Shown: piece by piece, positions 47,935-51,388 of the stretch
Layout: every line of letters begins with the position of its first letter
Numbering within the stretch: position 1 is the first letter of the stretch
Assembly (NCBI RefSeq): GCF_001194135.2
Contig: NC_069000.1
Coordinates: forward strand, 513,863 to 565,250
Reading direction: 5' to 3'
From: Octopus bimaculoides
Taxonomy: Eukaryota
Length of the DNA stretch: 51,388 nucleotides
Program-made: the position numbers and the translations under genes
Notes under the pieces: model-generated
Told to the model about the DNA's origin: nothing
Databases searched by the model: none
Seen by the model: the letters and a program-made list of their open reading frames with translations, nothing else

Positions 47935-48252
47935 GCTCTCAGGGGCTGGCCTATGTCTTCTCCTTTTTCAATATGGACCCCTTCAACTGTTTTGAGAGAG
48001 AAAGAGCTCTTTCTCTCCGTCTCTCTATCTCTCTTTTTCTTTCCTTCTATCTGTCCCTTTTTCTCCTTTTTTCTGTTTCTCCTCTCTGTCTTTCTCTTTC
48101 CTTTTCTCTCCCCCTTTCTTCTGTTTCTCCTCTGTCTTGCTCTTTCTCCTCTTTTTCTCCCTCTGTCACTCCTTCCCTCTCTCACCCTCTCAAAACAGTT
48201 GAAGGTGTCCATATCGAAAAAGGACAAGACAAAGACCTGCATCTAAGAGAGC
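47935..48252. repeat. inverted repeat (arms 47935-47998 and 48187-48252) around a 188-nt CT-rich spacer
   Basis: Arms are 50/58 identical in reverse complement, starting CTCTCAAAACAGTTGAAGG. Confidence 0.85.
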
Positions 48253-51200
48253 AAGAAAGAAAGTGAAAGAGCGAGAAAGAAAAAGGGAGACAGAGAGAAG
48301 GAAAGAAAGAGACAGAGCGAGAAAGAAAAAGGGAGACAGAGAGAAGGAAAGAAAGAGAGAGTGAGAGAATGAAAGAAAGAGCATGAGAGAGAGAGAGGAG
48401 AGAAAGAAAAAGGGAGACAGAGCAAGAGAGAGAAGGAAAGAAAGAGAAAGGTAAAGGGAGAAGGAAATAAAGAGAAAGGGAGACGAGAAAAAGAAAGTGA
48501 AAGTGCGAGAGAAAGAGAAAGAAAAGGAGAGAGAGAAGGAAAGAGCGAGAGGAGAGAAAGAAAAAGGGAGACAGAGAGAAGGAAAAAGAGAAAGAGCTAG
48601 AGAGAGAAGGAAAGAAAGAAAGGGAGACAGAGAGAAGGAAAGAAAGAAAAAGGGAGACAGAGAGGAGAGAAGGGGAGAGAAAGAGCGAGAGAGAGAGAGA
48701 AGGAAAAAGAAAGAGAGAGAGAGAAAGAAAAAGGGAGAAGGAGAGACAGAGGAAAGAAAGAGAAAGGGAGACAGAGAGAAGGAAAGAAAAAGTGAGAGAG
48801 AAGGAACGAAAGAAAGAAAAAGGGAGACAGAGAGAAGGAAAGAAAGAGAAAGAAAAAGGGGGAGAGAGAGAAGGAAAAAGAGAAAGAGCGAGAGAGAGAA
48901 AGAAAAGGAGACAGAGAGAAGGAAAGAGAGAGAAAGAAAAGGGGAGACAGAGCGAGAGAGAGAAAGAAGGAAAGAAAGAGAGAGAGAAAAAGGGAGACAG
49001 AGAGAAGGAAAAAGAGAAAGAGCGAGAGAAAGTGAAAGTGCAAGAAAAAGGGAGACAGAAAGAAAGTGAAAGTGCGAGAGAAAGAGAAAGAAAAGGAGAA
49101 ACAGAAGGAAAGAAAGGAAGAGAAAGAGCGAGAGAGATAAAGGCAGACAGAGAGAAGGAACAAAAGAAAGAAAAAGGGAGACAGAGAGAAAGAAAGAGAG
49201 ACAGAGAGAAGGAAAGAAAGGGAAAGAGCGAGAGAGAGAGAGAAAGAAAAGGAGAGACAGAGAAAGAAAAAGGGAGACAGAGAGAAGGAAGAAAAAAAAG
49301 CGAGAGAAAGAGCGAGAGAGAAAGAAAAAGGGAGACAGAGAGGAGAGAAAGAAAGAGAGAGAAAGATAAAGGGAGACAGAGAGAAGGAAAAAAGAAAGAG
49401 CGAGAGAGAGAGAAGGAAATAAAGAGAAAGGGAGACAGAGAGAAGGAAAGTGAAAGTGCGAGAGAAAGAGAAAGAAAAGGAGACAGAGAAAGAGAGAAAN
49501 NNNNNNNNNNNNNNNNNNNNNNNNNNNNNNNNNNNNNNNNNNNNNNNNNNNNNNNNNNNNNNNNNNNNNNNNNNNNNNNNNNNNNNNNNNNNNNNNNNNN
49601 NNNNNNNNNNNNNNNNNNNNNNNNNNNNNNNNNNNNNNNNNNNNNNNNNNNNNNNNNNNNNNNNNNNNNNNNNNNNNNNNNNNNNNNNNNNNNNNNNNNN
49701 NNNNNNNNNNNNNNNNNNNNNNNNNNNNNNNNNNNNNNNNNNNNNNNNNNNNNNNNNNNNNNNNNNNNNNNNNNNNNNNNNNNNNNNNNNNNNNNNNNNN
49801 NNNNNNNNNNNNNNNNNNNNNNNNNNNNNNNNNNNNNNNNNNNNNNNNNNNNNNNNNNNNNNNNNNNNNNNNNNNNNNNNNNNNNNNNNNNNNNNNNNNN
49901 NNNNNNNNNNNNNNNNNNNNNNNNNNNNNNNNNNNNNNNNNNNNNNNNNNNNNNNNNNNNNNNNNNNNNNNNNNNNNNNNNNNNNNNNNNNNNNNNNNNN
50001 NNNNNNNNNNNNNNNNNNNGACAGAGAAAGAAAAAGGGAGACAGAGAGAAGGAAGAAAAAAAAGCGAGAGAGAAAGAAAAAGGGAGACAGAGAGGAGAGA
50101 AAGAAAGAGAGAGAAAGATAAAGGGAGACAGAGAGAAGGAAAAAAGAAAGAGAAAGAGCAAGAGAGAGAAAGTGCGAGACAGAGAGAAGGAAAGAAAGAG
50201 AAAGAGCGAGAGAGAGAAAGAAAAAGGGAGACAGAGCGAGAGAGAGAAAGAAAAGGGGAGACAGAGAGGAGAGAAAGAAAGAGAAAGAGCGAGAGAGAAG
50301 AGAAAAAGAAAAAGGGAGACAGAGAGAAGGAAAAAGAGAAAGAGGGAGACAGAGAGAAGGAAATAAAGAGAAAGGGAGACGGAGAGAAGGAAAGAAAGAA
50401 AGTGAAAGTGCGAGAGAAAGAGAAAGAAAAAGGGAGACAGAAGGAAATAAAGAGAAAGGGAGACAGAGAGAAGAGACAGAAAGGAAGAGAAAGAGCGAGA
50501 GAAAGATAAAGGGAACAAAAGAAAGAAAAAGAAAGAGCGAGAGAAAGAAAAAGGGAGACAGAGAAACAGCGAGAGAGAAAGATAAAGGGAGACAGAGAGA
50601 ATGAAAGAAAGTGAAAGTGCGAGAGAAAGAAAAGGAGACAGAGAAGGAAAGAAAGAGAAAAAGAGCGAGAAGGAAAAAGGGAGACAGAGCGAGAGAGAGA
50701 AAGAAAAAGGGAGACAGAAGGAAAGAAAGAGCGAGAGAAAGAAAAAGGGAGACAGAGAGAAGGAAAAAAGAAAGAGAAAGGGAGACAGAGAGAAGGAAAG
50801 AAAGAGAGAGAGCGAGAGAAAGAAAGAAAAAGGGAGACAGAGAGAAGGAAAGAAAGAGGGAGACAGAGAGAAGGAAGAAAAGAAAAAGCGAGAGAGAAAG
50901 AAAGAGAAAGAGCCAGAGAAAGAAACAGGGAGACAGAGAGGAGAGAAAGATAAAGGGAGACAGAGAGAAGGAAAGTGAAAGTGCGAGAGAGACAGAGAGA
51001 AGGAAAGAAAGAGAAAGAGCGAGAGAGAGAGAAAGAAAAAGGGAGACAGAGAGAAGGAAAAAGAGAAAGAGCGAGAGAGAGAAAGGAAAAGGGAGACAGA
51101 GAGAAGGAAAAAGAAAGAGCGAGAGAGAGAGAGAGAAAGAAAAAGGGAGAAGGAGAGACAGAGGAAAGAAAGAGAAAGAGAGAAAGAGCGAGAGAGAAGG

Positions 51201-51388
51201 AAAGAGAGAAAGAAGGAAAAAAGAAAGAGAAAGAGCGAGAGAGAGAAAGAAAAAGGGAGACAGAGAGAGAGAAAGAAAAAAGGAGACAGAGAGAAGGAAA
51301 AAGAGAAAGAGCGAGAGAGAGAGAAGGAAATAAAGAGAAAGGGAGACGGAGAGAAGGAAAGAAAGAAAGTGAAAGTGCGAGAGAAAGA
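48253..51388 (+). repeat. GA-rich complex satellite (polypurine strand), runs off the window, includes gap 49500-50020
   Basis: Recurring unit GAGAAAGAAAAAGGGAGACAGAGAGAAGGAAA with GCGAGA and GTGAAAGTGCGAGAGAAAG variants; almost no T on the + strand. Confidence 0.95.

Noticed and set aside
48182-51333. Long ORFs (up to 778 aa) rich in K/E/R or F/L/S
   Set aside because: Products of the GA/CT satellite and N gap; stop codons are simply rare in this composition and several frames on both strands are open

Overview
Eukaryotic, AT-rich, intron-rich genomic DNA with four N gaps. The SINE/RTE repeat landscape resembles what I recall from octopus genomes (inference, not a database hit). Two + strand genes could be assembled by hand from GT-AG exons in consistent reading phase. 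(1) A compact, divergent USP2/USP21-type deubiquitinase: 11 catalytic-domain exons, 4236-12917, 324 aa, with intact Cys and His boxes. Its N-terminal exon is unresolved, and one intron (9592-10918) has U12 minor-spliceosome signatures. (2) Glycerol kinase (GK): ATG 20182, 17 exons visible to 45528, with exon 17 cut by a gap and the terminal exon unresolved. The non-coding sequence holds tRNA-derived SINEs, RTE and CR1/L2-like LINE fragments, two hAT-type MITEs with 8-bp TSDs, an abundant unclassified ~200 bp repeat, microsatellites and a >3 kb GA-rich complex satellite preceded by an inverted repeat. Notable regulatory signals are a perfect DR2 next to a palindromic E-box just upstream of GK, tandem RFX X-boxes, and an orphan CpG-rich promoter-like island. 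No CRISPR array, rRNA or true tRNA gene was seen. Most ORFs in the supplied track are low-complexity or intronic artefacts. I found no clearly new multi-gene system; the best leads are listed as findings.
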